From assembly GCA_963832205.1 (NCBI GenBank), contig CAWHTK010000003.1, positions 54,764 through 118,763 of the forward strand: a stretch of 64,000 nt of DNA, given 5' to 3'. Numbering within the stretch: the stretch's first letter is position 1; each line of letters begins with the position of its first letter. The notes beneath the pieces are model-generated. The model was not told the origin of the DNA, made no database searches, and saw only the letters and a program-made list of their open reading frames with translations. The position numbers and the translations under genes were made by a program. Shown in pieces: positions 30,144-42,134 of the stretch. The DNA is from Blastocatellia bacterium (GTDB taxonomy: Bacteria > Acidobacteriota > Blastocatellia > UBA7656).

Positions 30144-33100
30144 ATGAGCAACACAAAGCAGCTCGCGAAACTCTTCGCGGGTTCCGTGACCCCAATCGAT
30201 ACCATAAAACGAGAGCGCGGGCGTGACTTCGGTTTTTACGCGCTGCGGCTATTCGCTCTGTTTAACATCGGCTTTATAGCATTTCAGTTAACGGGCCTCA
30301 TCCTTCGGGCTCAGAAATATCGAATTGATCGACAGGCTCTTTCTCAACCCGCCGCAGACCGCGATTACACTTTCAAAAGAGGCGCTGATGCTGACCCTCG
30401 CGCTCATCGCCGCATTCAATAAAGATGTGCGCCGCCCAACCCTCGCGGTCCTGGCCGCGGGCCATGTGATAGCCGTCGGCGCGCAGCTCTGGCTTTATAT
30501 CGCATACGCGCCGAATCCGCTCTTTCCGGGCGACCGCGAATTCCTGCTTACGGGCATCATAAGCGACGCCGTCGTCATTCTGCTCTCGGTGATCCTGATG
30601 CTGCTGAGCCCGCGGAGAAAAGACGAGAAGAGCAGCCCGGATGATCTGGAGCTGCGCTCGCCCGCCTCGACAGTCTATAAGTACGCGCTGTTTGTCGCGG
30701 GCGCGCTGGGCCTTCTTTACGCGGTTGCGATCACGCTTCTGAGAATGCTTGCCCCCTCACAATCGGCTCTGGGGGCCATTTTCGGGGGACCGGACCCGCT
30801 AATCGCAAACTCGATCACCAGGTACGGCGCGCTCGCGATCATATTCTTCTTCGCGGGCGCGAAGGCATCGCTCAGAAGATTCTTGATTCCACCCGCGCTC
30901 ATCTCGCTTTTAATCAGCGCCGTATCAACGTCGCTCTTCGCGGTCTTCGGCTTCACGGGCGTCACAACGCGCGCCGGGTCGATATATTACGCCGGGCGGT
31001 TTATGTGGGCCCAGGCGATTCTTGACGGGGGCCTCTTCGCGGCGATTGTCCTGCTTCGCCGCATGCAGTATCAGGTCGATTATCAGATCACATCGCTTAG
31101 CCCATCCTCGGCCGAATGCGTCATGGCCTCGCACGACGCGCTCAGAGAGGCGGGGCAGAACCCCGCGACCTCTTCGCGCGAAGTGCTTCACCGCCTCGAC
31201 GAGCACATCGCGGGGATTCGCGGCCGCCGTCGCGGGCTGCTCGCCTTTCCATTCTGGCTTCTCGAACAGGTCTTCCCGATCATCACCGGGTTGCGTCCTC
31301 CGTTCTCGACGCAGTCGCGCGGTGAGCGCCGCTGGATGCTGAGGCGATATGTCATCTGCCCGCCCTTTGAGAGATCGATATTCGTGTTGCCTTTCCTGGC
31401 GAATTTCATGGCTCAGATAGGAGACGTTGTCCACTCTTTGATGTCCATGGTCTATTTTTCGTCACCCGCGGGCCACAGCCAGGTCGGGTATGTATTGCCT
31501 GATGCGAGGGCGCGGCTCCGGGCGGAATATCGTCACAACCCGGCCGCCGGAGGGCGCACTGGCAGGCCCGCTCCCTACGAGCATTGATGACCCGGCAGGG
31601 AAGAAGCCGCTGTCGGATCCCGCCATTGCCCGCACGCTCATCGCGCCCGCGGTTGCGATGCCGAGTAATCCAGGAAAGAACCCCGCCGAGCTGCCCGATG
31701 AGGTCAACTACTGCATCATCGGTTCGGGCGCGGCCGGCGCGGTCATGGCCTACAGGCTGGCGAAGGCGGTCGGCGAAAAGAATTCAATCTGCGTGCTTGA
31801 GAGAGGGGCATACAATAGCCCGTCCCTCGATTTTTCGGATGACGAGCTTCGAATGATCCGCACGCTTTATTCCGAAGGCGGGCTCCAGATGTCACGGACA
31901 TTCGATTTCACGGTCTTACAGGGAGAGACGGTCGGGGGCTCGACCGTTATCAATAACGCGATATGCATTCGCATGCCTGAAGTAACGAAGCGAGAGTGGG
32001 CGGGGTACGGAATCAGCCTCGACTCGCTTGAGTTGAATTATGACCGCGTACAGGGCGAGATAAAGATTGCGCGGCTCGACCCTAACGCGGTGAACCATAA
32101 AGTAGAGTCGCTCTTTTCGCGCGGCGTCTCGGGATATAACGAGAGGTTCGGGGCGGCGGGCGAGCTTTCGCGGGCGGAGGTGCTTTCAGGAAATTTTCTC
32201 AATTGTGTCGGGTGCGGCCTGTGCAACATCGGGTGCAGGCGCATGCGAAAACTCTCGGCGCTCGAAACATACCTTCCGTGGGCCAGGTCACTCGGGGTCG
32301 AAATATACTCGAACATCGACGCGATAAAGTGCGAAACCGAGCCCGGCGGGAGAGGCGCAAAAAGAGTCTCTTCGGTACTTGTCAGGCGACAGGGCGGCGA
32401 GACTCAAAGGATTCGGATACGGAAGGCGGCAATCGTGGCGGCGGGGGCCATCGCTTCGAGCCGTTTCTTGATGCGAAGCGAGCTTGGCGGGGAAGGAGTC
32501 GGCAGGCATCTGTCGTGTAATTATGCGCTCCCGACGCTCGTCGAGTTCGACGACACGGTCGATGCCTTTGACGGGCTACAGATAACCATGTTTGCCGCGC
32601 CCGAATCTTTTGAGGCGATCTTCGAGACAACCTACAACGCGCCGGGCGCATACTCTATCGCGCTGCCGCTTCACTTCAATGAGCATGCGAAGATGATGGG
32701 CGCATACCGAAACGGAGTGAATTTCGGCGCGCTTGTCGGCAGCGACCGCTGCGGGGAGGTTAAGAAAAACAGAGACATTATGTTCGGCAGGGCAATCGAT
32801 TGGCGGCCGACATCAAACGACGTTGGCAGGATACAGCGCGCGCTTACAACACTGGTCAGGATGGCACAAGAGGCGGGCGGGAATCGGATTATTCTGCCCA
32901 CGCGCCCGGCACTGGTTATTCCCCTGAAGGGAGGCGACGTGGACGGCGTGCTCGAAGGAATAACGAGACTGCTCACCGATAACAAGAGTTTTAACTTCGT
33001 AACCGCGCACCCGCAGGGGGGCAATATGATGGCCGGCCCGGATCATAAAGACCGCGTGGTCGACACGGATTTCCGCGTGCGAGACACCGAAAACCTTTTT

Positions 33101-33208
33101 GTCTGCGACGCGAGCCTGTTCCCCTCCGGGGCAAGAGTGAACCCCCAATGGACAATTATGGCGCTGGCATCACTCGCATCCGAAAGCGTAGCAAACAGGT
33201 TTGGCTGA
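30144..33208 (+). CDS. GMC-family oxidoreductase with N-terminal polytopic membrane domain (frameshifts near 30330 and 31530)
   Basis: IIGSGAAG, VGGSTVINN, CVGCGLCNIGC, HPQGG and DASLFP..VNP motifs. Upstream TM-rich ORFs overlap in other frames. Confidence 0.8.
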
Positions 33209-33233
33209 TTCTTTCCGACGGGAGGGATAAGAG

Positions 33234-34217
33234 GTGATACTACGGGCCGACCTTCACACACACCCGCTGCTGAACAGGTACTTCATGGGTCGCAACCCCG
33301 CGAGACAGCACAGACGGCCTCCATTCTTCATGCCTATATTCAACTACCTCGATTATCCACGGGCACACGCCGCGCCCGTGAACCTGCTGCTTTCGGTCAT
33401 ATACGTGCTGCCGCTCCCCTGGGTGAAGGGCATCGATCAAGTCGAGCGATTGATTCTGCAAGCGAACAGCGAGGCGAATCTCGGCCAGACACCCGTCAGC
33501 GTCGTCAGGTCCGCCGCGGAAGCCCGCCGCGCCGCCGAGGATAACCGGCTTGCGCTCATGTACGCCGTCGAGGGCGGGCACGTCCTCGGCAACGATCTCG
33601 CCAATATCGACCGTCTAGCGATCCACGGCGTTCGCTACCTGACGCTGGTCCATTTTATCCATAACCGGATTGGCGGAGCGGCCGCCGTGCCTTTCGGCGG
33701 GCGGCGCGGCATGACGAAGTTCGGCCGCATGGTTGTGCGAAGGATGTACGAGCGCGGCATCGTGGCCGACCTTTCGCATTGCACCGAGCCTACTTTCTGG
33801 GCGGCGATAGACGAGGCCGGCGGGCCGGTCATCGCCAGCCACTCGGGCGCGCGCGAGTTCGCGCTGAAGGACAGGAACCTCAGCGCGGAACAGGTCAAGG
33901 CTATAGCGAAGACCGGCGGCCTCGTCGGGGTCATATTCTGCCCGTTCTACCTGCGCGCCTGGCGCATCAGGGGAACGCTTGACGATGTTATGCTCAACGT
34001 ATCCTATTTTGCGGACCTCGTCGGGCCAGAGCACGTTTGCCTCGGCTCCGATCTTGACGGAGGCCTCTGGCCGCCGAGCGACATTCGAGACATCAGGGAT
34101 TACGACCGAATATATGAGGCGCTGTTGCGTAGAGGTTTCAGCGACTCCGACGCCGGTCTCATCATGGGTGAAAACCTGCTGAATATGTACGAGCGATTCG
34201 ATAACCCGGCCAGGTAA
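33234..34217 (+). CDS. Membrane dipeptidase (peptidase M19) family
   Basis: DLHTH, VEG, DLSH, IASHS, RNL and GSDLDG motifs. Confidence 0.9.
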   Translation: MILRADLHTHPLLNRYFMGRNPARQHRRPPFFMPIFNYLDYPRAHAAPVNLLLSVIYVLPLPWVKGIDQVERLILQANSEANLGQTPVSVVRSAAEARRAAEDNRLALMYAVEGGHVLGNDLANIDRLAIHGVRYLTLVHFIHNRIGGAAAVPFGGRRGMTKFGRMVVRRMYERGIVADLSHCTEPTFWAAIDEAGGPVIASHSGAREFALKDRNLSAEQVKAIAKTGGLVGVIFCPFYLRAWRIRGTLDDVMLNVSYFADLVGPEHVCLGSDLDGGLWPPSDIRDIRDYDRIYEALLRRGFSDSDAGLIMGENLLNMYERFDNPAR

Positions 34218-34309
34218 AATCACATCAACTCAATCAAGCATTACGCGGGCTATTGCCTTAGGCGGGCCCGCTCCACATAATAGCGGCTTATCAATCAGAG
34301 AATGGAGCC

Positions 34310-35821
34310 TTGATGATCGCTAAAGACACGGACAGGGCGGGCGAGCGAGTTGACGCGCCGAAAGGGGCGGGGCCGGCGGGCCGCGCCGGAATATGGAAGG
34401 TCATAGCTGCTTCGGCTGTCGGCACAATGATCGAATGGTACGACTTTTATATATTCGGAAGCCTCGCGACGGTCATAAGCCCGCTCTTTTATCCGAGAGG
34501 CGATGAGACGCTCGCGCTCATCGCTTACCTGTTGACCTTCGCAGTCGGGTTCGTGGTGCGTCCTTTCGGCGCGCTCTTTTTTGGGAGGGTGGGCGACCTC
34601 GTCGGCCGAAAATACGCCTTCCTCGTGACGTTGCTGATTATGGGCGGAGCGACCGCGCTTATAGGTTTTCTACCGACATATGAAACGATAGGCATGGCGG
34701 CGCCGATCATTCTGCTCTTTATACGAGTCCTTCAGGGGCTCGCGCTCGGAGGCGAGTACGGCGGCGCGGCAGTCTATGTGGCAGAGCATGTGCCGGACGA
34801 GCGGCGCGGGTTCTATACGAGCTTTATACAGATCACCGCGACGCTCGGACTCTTTCTCTCGCTCGCCGTAATCCTAATTGTGCAGAACGCGATGACCAGG
34901 GAGAGCTTCGGCGCGTGGGGCTGGCGCATTCCGTTTCTCATATCGATCTTTCTCGTAGGCATATCGCTATACATACGGCTGCGCATGAAAGAGTCGCCGA
35001 TCTTTCAGCATATCAAGGGGGCGGGGATGACTTCGGCGAAGCCGCTGAAGGAAGCGTTCACCCAGTGGGATAACCTGAAGCGCGTTCTTATATCTTTGTT
35101 CGGCGCGACGGCGGGGCAGGGAGTCGTCTGGTACACCGGCCAGTTCTATGCGCTCTTTTACCTCCAAACGATATTGAACGTAAACCCGACGTCGGCCAAT
35201 TACATCGTTGCCGTGGCGCTCTTGCTGGGGATGCCTTTCTTCATTCTGTTCGGCGCGCTATCGGACCGCATCGGCCGCAAGCGGATCATGATGGCCGGGT
35301 GCGCGCTTGCCGCCATCTCCTATATACCGATATACAGGCTCATGCAGGCAGCCGCGGGATCGGAAGTCGTCAGCGCAATCTCGCAGAAGAACCCGGTCAC
35401 GGGCGCAATAAGCCTGATACCCCAAACGATGACCGGCGGCGAGCTAAGACCGGCGGCCGAGGTTTTGCCCTTCACAGGGTTCGCGCACCTTATGACCGAG
35501 CCGATCGCCTGGATGCTCATCGGGCTGGTGTTCGTGCAGGTGCTGTTTGTGACGATGGTTTATGGCCCGATTGCGGCATATCTCGTAGAAGCATTTCCCG
35601 CGAAGATACGCTACACGGCGTTGTCGCTCCCCTATCACATAGGGAACGGCGTATTCGGCGGACTTTTGCCGCTGATAGGGCTCTGGGTCGTGGCCCAGAC
35701 CGGGAATATCTATGCGGGGCTGTACTACCCGATAGCCGTTGCCGCGCTTACTTTCGTCATCGGTTCGGCGCTCTTGAAAGAGACGAGGCACGTCCAGATA
35801 TGGGACGAGGTCCAGAAGTGA
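34310..35821 (+). CDS. MFS metabolite:H+ symporter (MHS family)
   Basis: GTMIEWYDF, GDLVGRK, GGEYGGA, WGWRIPF and SDRIGRK motifs. Confidence 0.93.
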   Translation: MMIAKDTDRAGERVDAPKGAGPAGRAGIWKVIAASAVGTMIEWYDFYIFGSLATVISPLFYPRGDETLALIAYLLTFAVGFVVRPFGALFFGRVGDLVGRKYAFLVTLLIMGGATALIGFLPTYETIGMAAPIILLFIRVLQGLALGGEYGGAAVYVAEHVPDERRGFYTSFIQITATLGLFLSLAVILIVQNAMTRESFGAWGWRIPFLISIFLVGISLYIRLRMKESPIFQHIKGAGMTSAKPLKEAFTQWDNLKRVLISLFGATAGQGVVWYTGQFYALFYLQTILNVNPTSANYIVAVALLLGMPFFILFGALSDRIGRKRIMMAGCALAAISYIPIYRLMQAAAGSEVVSAISQKNPVTGAISLIPQTMTGGELRPAAEVLPFTGFAHLMTEPIAWMLIGLVFVQVLFVTMVYGPIAAYLVEAFPAKIRYTALSLPYHIGNGVFGGLLPLIGLWVVAQTGNIYAGLYYPIAVAALTFVIGSALLKETRHVQIWDEVQK

Positions 35822-35894
35822 AGGCCCGGGTTTAGGCATAATCCCCGTGCAATCTTTTTGGGCTTGCGTCGGCGGGGCCATGTGTCGTAAATAT

Positions 35895-35912
35895 TGAATG
35901 AACCATCATTCA
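35895..35912. promoter_or_regulatory. Palindromic operator resembling the Bacillus FadR (YsiA) box
   Basis: TGAATGA-acca-TCATTCA, 19 bp upstream of the TetR start codon. Confidence 0.8.
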
Positions 35913-35931
35913 TTTTTATTTAAGGACCTCA

Positions 35932-36555
35932 ATGGCATCGGTAAAGAAGGCGAAGGCGACTCAGGCGAGAGAGAAGGCGAACGGCAAGTACGAGGCTATA
36001 CTTCGCGCGGCGATAAAGGTCTTTGCGCGCAGCGGGTTCTTTAACTCGAAGGTCGCCGACGTGGCAAGCGCGGCGGGCGTGGCCGACGGCACGGTCTATT
36101 TATATTTTAAGAACAAGGACGACATACTCGTCTCGATCTTCAACCACGTCATGGACGAGGCGCTGACGAACGGGCGCTCGCGGCTCGAAGAGGTGCGCGA
36201 GCCGATTGATAAGCTCAAGCGAATTGTTCACGCGCATCTCGACCGCCTGGGGCGGGACCGCGACCTCGCGGTCGTCTTTCAGGTCGAGCTTCGCTCCTCG
36301 ACAAAGTTCATGGAGCAGTTTTCGGCGACGAAGGTGACCGAATATCTCGATATGATCGGCGGCGTCATCGAAGAAGGGCAGCGGAAGGGCGTCTTCAGGA
36401 AAGGGCTCAATACGAAGATCGTCGCGAAGATACTTTTTGGCGCGCTCGACGAGATGGCCACCAACTGGGTGCTGAGCGGCCGCAAGTACGGGCTTGTATC
36501 GATGGCCGACCCGGTCATCGATGTTTTACTCCACGGGGTCGCGGCGGGCGATTGA
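35932..36555 (+). CDS. fadR: TetR-family fatty-acid degradation repressor (Bacillus FadR/YsiA-like)
   Basis: TetR HTH (AGVADGTVYLYFKNKDDIL) and YsiA-like C-terminus (VFQVELR, LFGALDEMATNW). First gene of the beta-oxidation cluster. Confidence 0.85.
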   Translation: MASVKKAKATQAREKANGKYEAILRAAIKVFARSGFFNSKVADVASAAGVADGTVYLYFKNKDDILVSIFNHVMDEALTNGRSRLEEVREPIDKLKRIVHAHLDRLGRDRDLAVVFQVELRSSTKFMEQFSATKVTEYLDMIGGVIEEGQRKGVFRKGLNTKIVAKILFGALDEMATNWVLSGRKYGLVSMADPVIDVLLHGVAAGD

Positions 36556-36586
36556 CCCTCGGGAGTTTTCTCATAAGAAGGGCAAA

Positions 36587-38415
36587 ATGGCGACAGATCC
36601 TCGGACATTAAACGAGCTTTTTAACTCGGCCGTCGAGCGGTACCGCGACGACGAGTTCTTGCGCTTCAAATCCTCGGGCGAATGGCGCTCGCTGACTTAC
36701 GGCGAAGTCGCGCGGAGGGTCCGAGAACTTGCGATGGGGCTGGTCGAGCTTGGCATCGAGGCCGGCGACAGGGTCGCCATCTGGTGCGAGAATCGGCCCG
36801 AATGGAACCTGGCCGACCTTGCCGCGCTCGCAATCGGCGCCGTAGACGTGCCCATCTATACGACGCAGGCGCTTTCGCAAGTCGAGTACATAATCTCGGA
36901 TTCGCGCGCGCGCGCGATCTTCGTCTCCGGTCCATTCCTTGAAAAAGCCCTTTCGCTAAAAGAGAGGGTGCCCACGCTTGAGCACGTAATACTTTTTGAC
37001 GAAAACAGCGCGGCCGTCGAAGCCGGGCTCGCGCTGCCGGCGGAAGAGATATCGACCCGAGGCCGGGCGCTTTTCGGGCAGCGCCCGGAGCTTTATGAAA
37101 AGCTCTGGCGCGGGGTGAGCGAAGAAGACCTGGCCACGCTCCTCTATACGTCGGGCACGACCGGCGAGCCCAAGGGCGTGATGCTGACGCACAAGAACCT
37201 GACGGCGAACGCGCTAAACAGCACGCGCTGGCTTGAGCTTCACAAGCGACGTGAAACGGCCTTGACCTACCTGCCGTTCACGCACGTATTCGAACGCGCG
37301 GTCTGGTACATATACGCCTACAACGGGACAAAGATCGCCTACGCGGAGAGCATCGAGGCCGTGGCGCAGAACCTCAAAGAGGTGCGGCCGACCGTGATGA
37401 CTAGCGTCCCGCGCATGTTCGAAAAGATTTACGCGCGGATACTTGAGCGCGGGCTCGGGGCGGGCTTTCCGAAGAGGCAATTATTCCTCTGGTCGCTCGA
37501 CGTAGGGAGGCGCTGGGCTGAGATGAAAGACCGCGGATTGGAGCCCGGGCGCGGCGCTTTCATTAAAGCAAAAGATCGCGGACAAGCTGGTCTTCAGCAA
37601 ATGGCGCGAGGCCGTCGGCGGCAACGTCCGCATCTTTATATCCGGCGGAGCGCCGCTCGCCCCGGAACTCGACTACCTGTTCGGCGCGGCCGGGCTCAAG
37701 ATTCTGCAAGGATACGGACTGACGGAGACGAGCCCTTCGGTCTCGTGCAACACCGAGGCTCGGAACCGCGTGGGGACCGTCGGCCAGGTGATGGATAACG
37801 TCGAGGTGAAGGTCGAAGAAGACGGCGAGATACTCATCAAAGGCGACACCGTGATGAAGGGCTACTACAACCGCCCGGATGCGAACGAAGAGGCATTCAC
37901 CGAGGACGGGTGGTTTCGCACGGGCGACATCGGGCACCTTGACGCGGACGGCTTCCTGGTCATAACCGACCGCAAGAAAGACCTGATAAAGACGAGCGGC
38001 GGCAAGTATATTGCGCCGCAGCAGCGTGGAGAGCTTTATAAAGTCGAGCAGGTTCGTCTCGCAGGTGGTAGTCATAGGCAACGCGAAGAAGTTCGCGGCG
38101 GCGCTTATCTACCCGAACATCGAGCTGGTCAAGAGCTATGCCGAGATGAAGGGGATTTCTTACACGGACGAGTCGGAGCTGCTGAAACATCCGCGGATAA
38201 TCGATCTCATCGAGCGCCAGGTGGATAAGCACACGGCCGAGCTTGCCCGGTTTGAAAAGGTCAAGAAAGTAGCGCTTATCGACCGGGAGATGACGGTCGA
38301 TTCCGGAGAGCTGACGCCCACGCTCAAGCCTCGCCGAAGTTTTATAGAGAAGAAATACGCCGCGGTGATAGACGCGCTTTATAAGGAAGAGCCGTCGAAG
38401 GCGGCGGTCGTTTAA
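36587..38415 (+). CDS. Long-chain fatty-acid-CoA ligase (frameshifts near 37555 and 38020)
   Basis: YTSGTTGEPKG, GYGLTET (alternate frame), GWFRTGDIG, DRKKDLIKTSGGK and ELTPTLK motifs. Confidence 0.92.
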
Positions 38416-38438
38416 CAGAAAGATTCGGAGGAAGAAAA

Positions 38439-40847
38439 GTGAGTTATAAGATCGAGAAGGTCGCGGTGCTCGGGGCGGGGACCATGGGCGCGCAGATTGC
38501 CGCGCACCTTGCTAACGCCGGCGTCGAGGTGTTGTTGCTCGACGTTGCGGCGGCGGAGCCGACCGGGCAGGAGCGCGCGCGCGGGCTGACGCCTGAAAGC
38601 CCGCAGGTACGCAACCGCATTGTGAACGCGGGGCTCGAGGCTGCCAAAAAGATCAAGCCCGCGGCCTTCTATTCGCAACGGCTCGCGGGGCTGGTCAGGA
38701 CGGGGAATTTTGAAGACGATCTCGCAAAGGTTTCCGGGGTCGACTGGATAATAGAAGCGATTGTCGAAAAGCTCGAGGTCAAGCGCGACCTGTTCGCCCG
38801 AATAGAGAAGCATAGGAAACCGGGGACTATAGTCAGCTCGAACACTTCGGGCATATCCATCGCGAGCATGGCAGAGGGGCTCGGCGACGATTTCCGTCAT
38901 CATTTTCTCGGCACGCACTTTTTTAACCCGCCGCGATACTTGAAGCTTCTTGAGATCATACCGACCGCCGATACTCTGCCCGAAGTCAAAGAGTTTATCG
39001 CCGACTTTTGCGACCGCCGCCTTGGCAAGGGGATAGTCTTTGCGAAGGACACGCCGAATTTTATCGCGAATCGAATAGCCACATTCAGCTCGCTAAACAC
39101 CATAAAGGTCATGACCGAAGGCGGCTACAGCATAGAAGAGGTTGACGCGATAACCGGGCCGCTCATCGGCCGGCCGAAATCCGCCTCCTTCCGCACGACC
39201 GACATAGTGGGCCTCGACACGGCGCTGTACGTGGCCGACAACCTCTACAATGCGGTGCCGGATGACGAAAAGCGTGACGTGCTGGTCGCGCCCGATTTCC
39301 TCAGAGAGATGGTCAAGCGCGGCTGGATCGGCAACAAGGCCGGCCAGGGTTTTTACAAAAAGCAGCGGGGTGAAGGCGGCAAGACGGAGTACTGGGCGCT
39401 CGATTACGTAGAGATGGAGCACAAACCGGCTCAGAAGGTGCGCATCCCGTCGGTCGATGCCGCGAAGTCAATCGAAGACACCGCCGAGCGTATCAGGACA
39501 TTGATCTACGGCAAGGACCGCGTCGGCGAGTTTTTGTGGAAGACTATTAGCCAGAACCTTGTGTATGCGGCCAACCGCGTGCCCGAGATAGCCGACGACA
39601 TAGTGAGCATCGACAACGCGGTGAAATGGGGATTCAACCACGAGTTCGGCACGTTCGAGCTATGGGACATAATCGGCGTCGAAAAATCTGTCGCCAGGAT
39701 GCGAGAGGAAGGGACTGAGCTGCCGCCGCTTGTCGAGAAGTTGCTGTCGTCGGGCAAGAAGAGTTTTTATGAGAAGCGCGAAGGGCGCACTTACTACTTC
39801 GATCAAAACGCGGGGCGAGTACAAAGAAGCTAGAACAGCCGCGCGGCGTCATCATTCTCAAATCGATAAAGGAGCAGACGCGGGTCGTGAAGAAGAACGC
39901 CGCGGCGTCGCTCATCGACATCGGCGACGGCGTGGCCTGCCTTGAATTCCACTCGAAGATGAACGCGATAGGCGGCGACACGATCTCGATGATGAACTAC
40001 TCGGTCAAAGAGGTCGGCGAGAATTTCGAGGCGCTGGTGATCGGCAACCAGTCGGAGAACTTCTCGGTCGGGGCCAACATCATGATGCTGCTGCTCGGGA
40101 TTCAAGAGGGCGAATGGGACGAGATCGCCATGTCGGTTCGCCAGTTTCAAAACGCCAACATGAATCTACGATACTCGGCAAAGCCGGTGGTCGTGGCGGT
40201 CCACGGGATGGCGCTCGGCGGGGGCTGCGAAGTGACTATGCACGGCGACCGCGCGCGGGCCGCGGCCGAATCTTACATAGGACTGGTCGAGGTGGGGGTC
40301 GGACTGATCCCCGGCGGCGGCGGCGTAAAAGAGATGGTCCTGCGCGCGGTAGAAGACGCGCTTCCCGACGAAGACCTCTTCCCTCGAATAAAGAAAGTAT
40401 CGGAGGCGCTTGCCACGGCGAAGGTATCCACTTCGGCGGTCGAGGCGCGAGAGATCGGCTTTTTGCGGGAGACGGACCATATCACCATGAATCGCGACCG
40501 GCTCATAGAAGATGCGAAGCAGACGGCGCTCGCTATAGTTCGCGAGGGGTACGCGCAGCCGCGGCCGCGGACCGACATCCCCGTGCTCGGCGAGCCGGCG
40601 CTTTCCACAATCAAGCTCGCGGTTCATATGATGGTGCGCGGGGGATATCATAAGCGAGTACGACGCGCACGTTGCGTCAAAGCTCGCGCACATAATCACC
40701 GGCGGCGATCTGTCGCGACGGACGCTAGTATCGGAGCAGTACCTGCTCGACCTGGAGCGTGAGGCTTTTGTCAGCCTGTGCGGGGAGCGAAAGACGCAGG
40801 AGCGCATACAGCACATGCTCAAGACCGGCAAGCCGCTCAGGAATTAG
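38439..40847 (+). CDS. fadN: 3-hydroxyacyl-CoA dehydrogenase/enoyl-CoA hydratase (frameshifts near 39810-39835 and 40650)
   Basis: [20 protein letters not shown], crotonase ALGGGCE and GLVEVGVG. Ends KTGKPLRN*. Confidence 0.92.
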
Positions 40848-40919
40848 CCGCGGCAATCAATATGTTTTAATCAGGTCACCGAAGCCCGAAGGGGCTGAGG
40901 TTAGAACGGAGATACGCGA

Positions 40920-42098
40920 ATGAAAGATGCAGTAATCGTTTCAGCGCTAAGGTCGGCGGTCGGCAAAGCTCCGCGCGGGACGTTAAAGGACACAAGGCCC
41001 GACGACATGGCGGCGACCGTGATAAAGGCGGCAATCGACAGCGTGCCGGGGTTAGAGGCCGCGATGGTCGAGGACGTGATTTTAGGTTGCGCGATGCCCG
41101 AGGCTGAACAGGGGATGAACGTCGCGAGGCAGGCGAGCTGGCTCGCGGGCATACCCGAGCAAGCGAGCGCGGTGACGATAAACCGGTTCTGCTCTTCGGG
41201 GCTCCAGGCGATTGCGTTTGCGGCCGAGCGCATCATGTGCGGGTGGAGCGACTGTATAGTTGCGGGCGGGACCGAGACGATGAGTCTTGTGCCGATGGGC
41301 GGCAACAAGATCGTGCCGAACCCGAAACTGGTTGACACCTGGCCCGATTTTTATCTGAACATGGGTCTGACGGCCGAAAACCTCGCGCGCAAGTACGACA
41401 TATCGCGTGAGGCCGCCGACGAGTTTTCTTTAAGGTCTCATCAGAAGGCGACGGCCGCGATCAGCGAGGGCAAGTTTAAGGACGAGGTCGTCCCGCTCAC
41501 GGTTCGCACGGTCGAGCTGGACGCGAAGGGCAAGCGAGCCGTCAAGGAGAGCGTCTTTGATACGGACGAGGGGCCGCGCCCTGATACGTCGATGGAAGGG
41601 CTTTTAAAACTCAGACCGGCGTTTCACGCGCGAGGGACCGTGACTGCGGGCAATTCCTCACAGATGTCGGACGGCGCGGCGGCGGCGGTAGTGATGTCCG
41701 CGGACCGCGCGAAGGAACTCGGGATCAAGCCGCTTGCAAGGCTTGTCGCCTATGCGACGGCCGGTGTATCGCCCGATCACATGGGCATCGGCCCGGTCGC
41801 GGCAATACCAAAGGCGCTGAAGATCGCGGGGCTCAGCCTTGATCAGATCGACCTGATCGAGCTGAATGAGGCATTCGCGGCCCAGGCGCTCTCGGTTATC
41901 AAAGAGCTGGGCATCGATCAGGACAGACTCAACGTAAACGGAGGGGCTGTGGCCCTCGGTCACCCGCTCGGCTGCACCGGCGCGAAGCTGACGGCGACGA
42001 TACTAAGCGAGATGCGACGGCGCAGCGCGCGTTACGGGATGGTCACGATGTGCGTCGGCGGCGGGATGGGCGCGGCCGGCATATTCGAGCTTTTATAA
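40920..42098 (+). CDS. fadA: Acetyl-CoA C-acyltransferase (thiolase)
   Basis: NRFCSSG, NEAF, GHPLG and CVGGG motifs. Confidence 0.96.
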   Translation: MKDAVIVSALRSAVGKAPRGTLKDTRPDDMAATVIKAAIDSVPGLEAAMVEDVILGCAMPEAEQGMNVARQASWLAGIPEQASAVTINRFCSSGLQAIAFAAERIMCGWSDCIVAGGTETMSLVPMGGNKIVPNPKLVDTWPDFYLNMGLTAENLARKYDISREAADEFSLRSHQKATAAISEGKFKDEVVPLTVRTVELDAKGKRAVKESVFDTDEGPRPDTSMEGLLKLRPAFHARGTVTAGNSSQMSDGAAAAVVMSADRAKELGIKPLARLVAYATAGVSPDHMGIGPVAAIPKALKIAGLSLDQIDLIELNEAFAAQALSVIKELGIDQDRLNVNGGAVALGHPLGCTGAKLTATILSEMRRRSARYGMVTMCVGGGMGAAGIFELL

Positions 42099-42134
42099 CG
42101 ACATAAGAATGACGCTTAGAAAAGGAGATCGACG

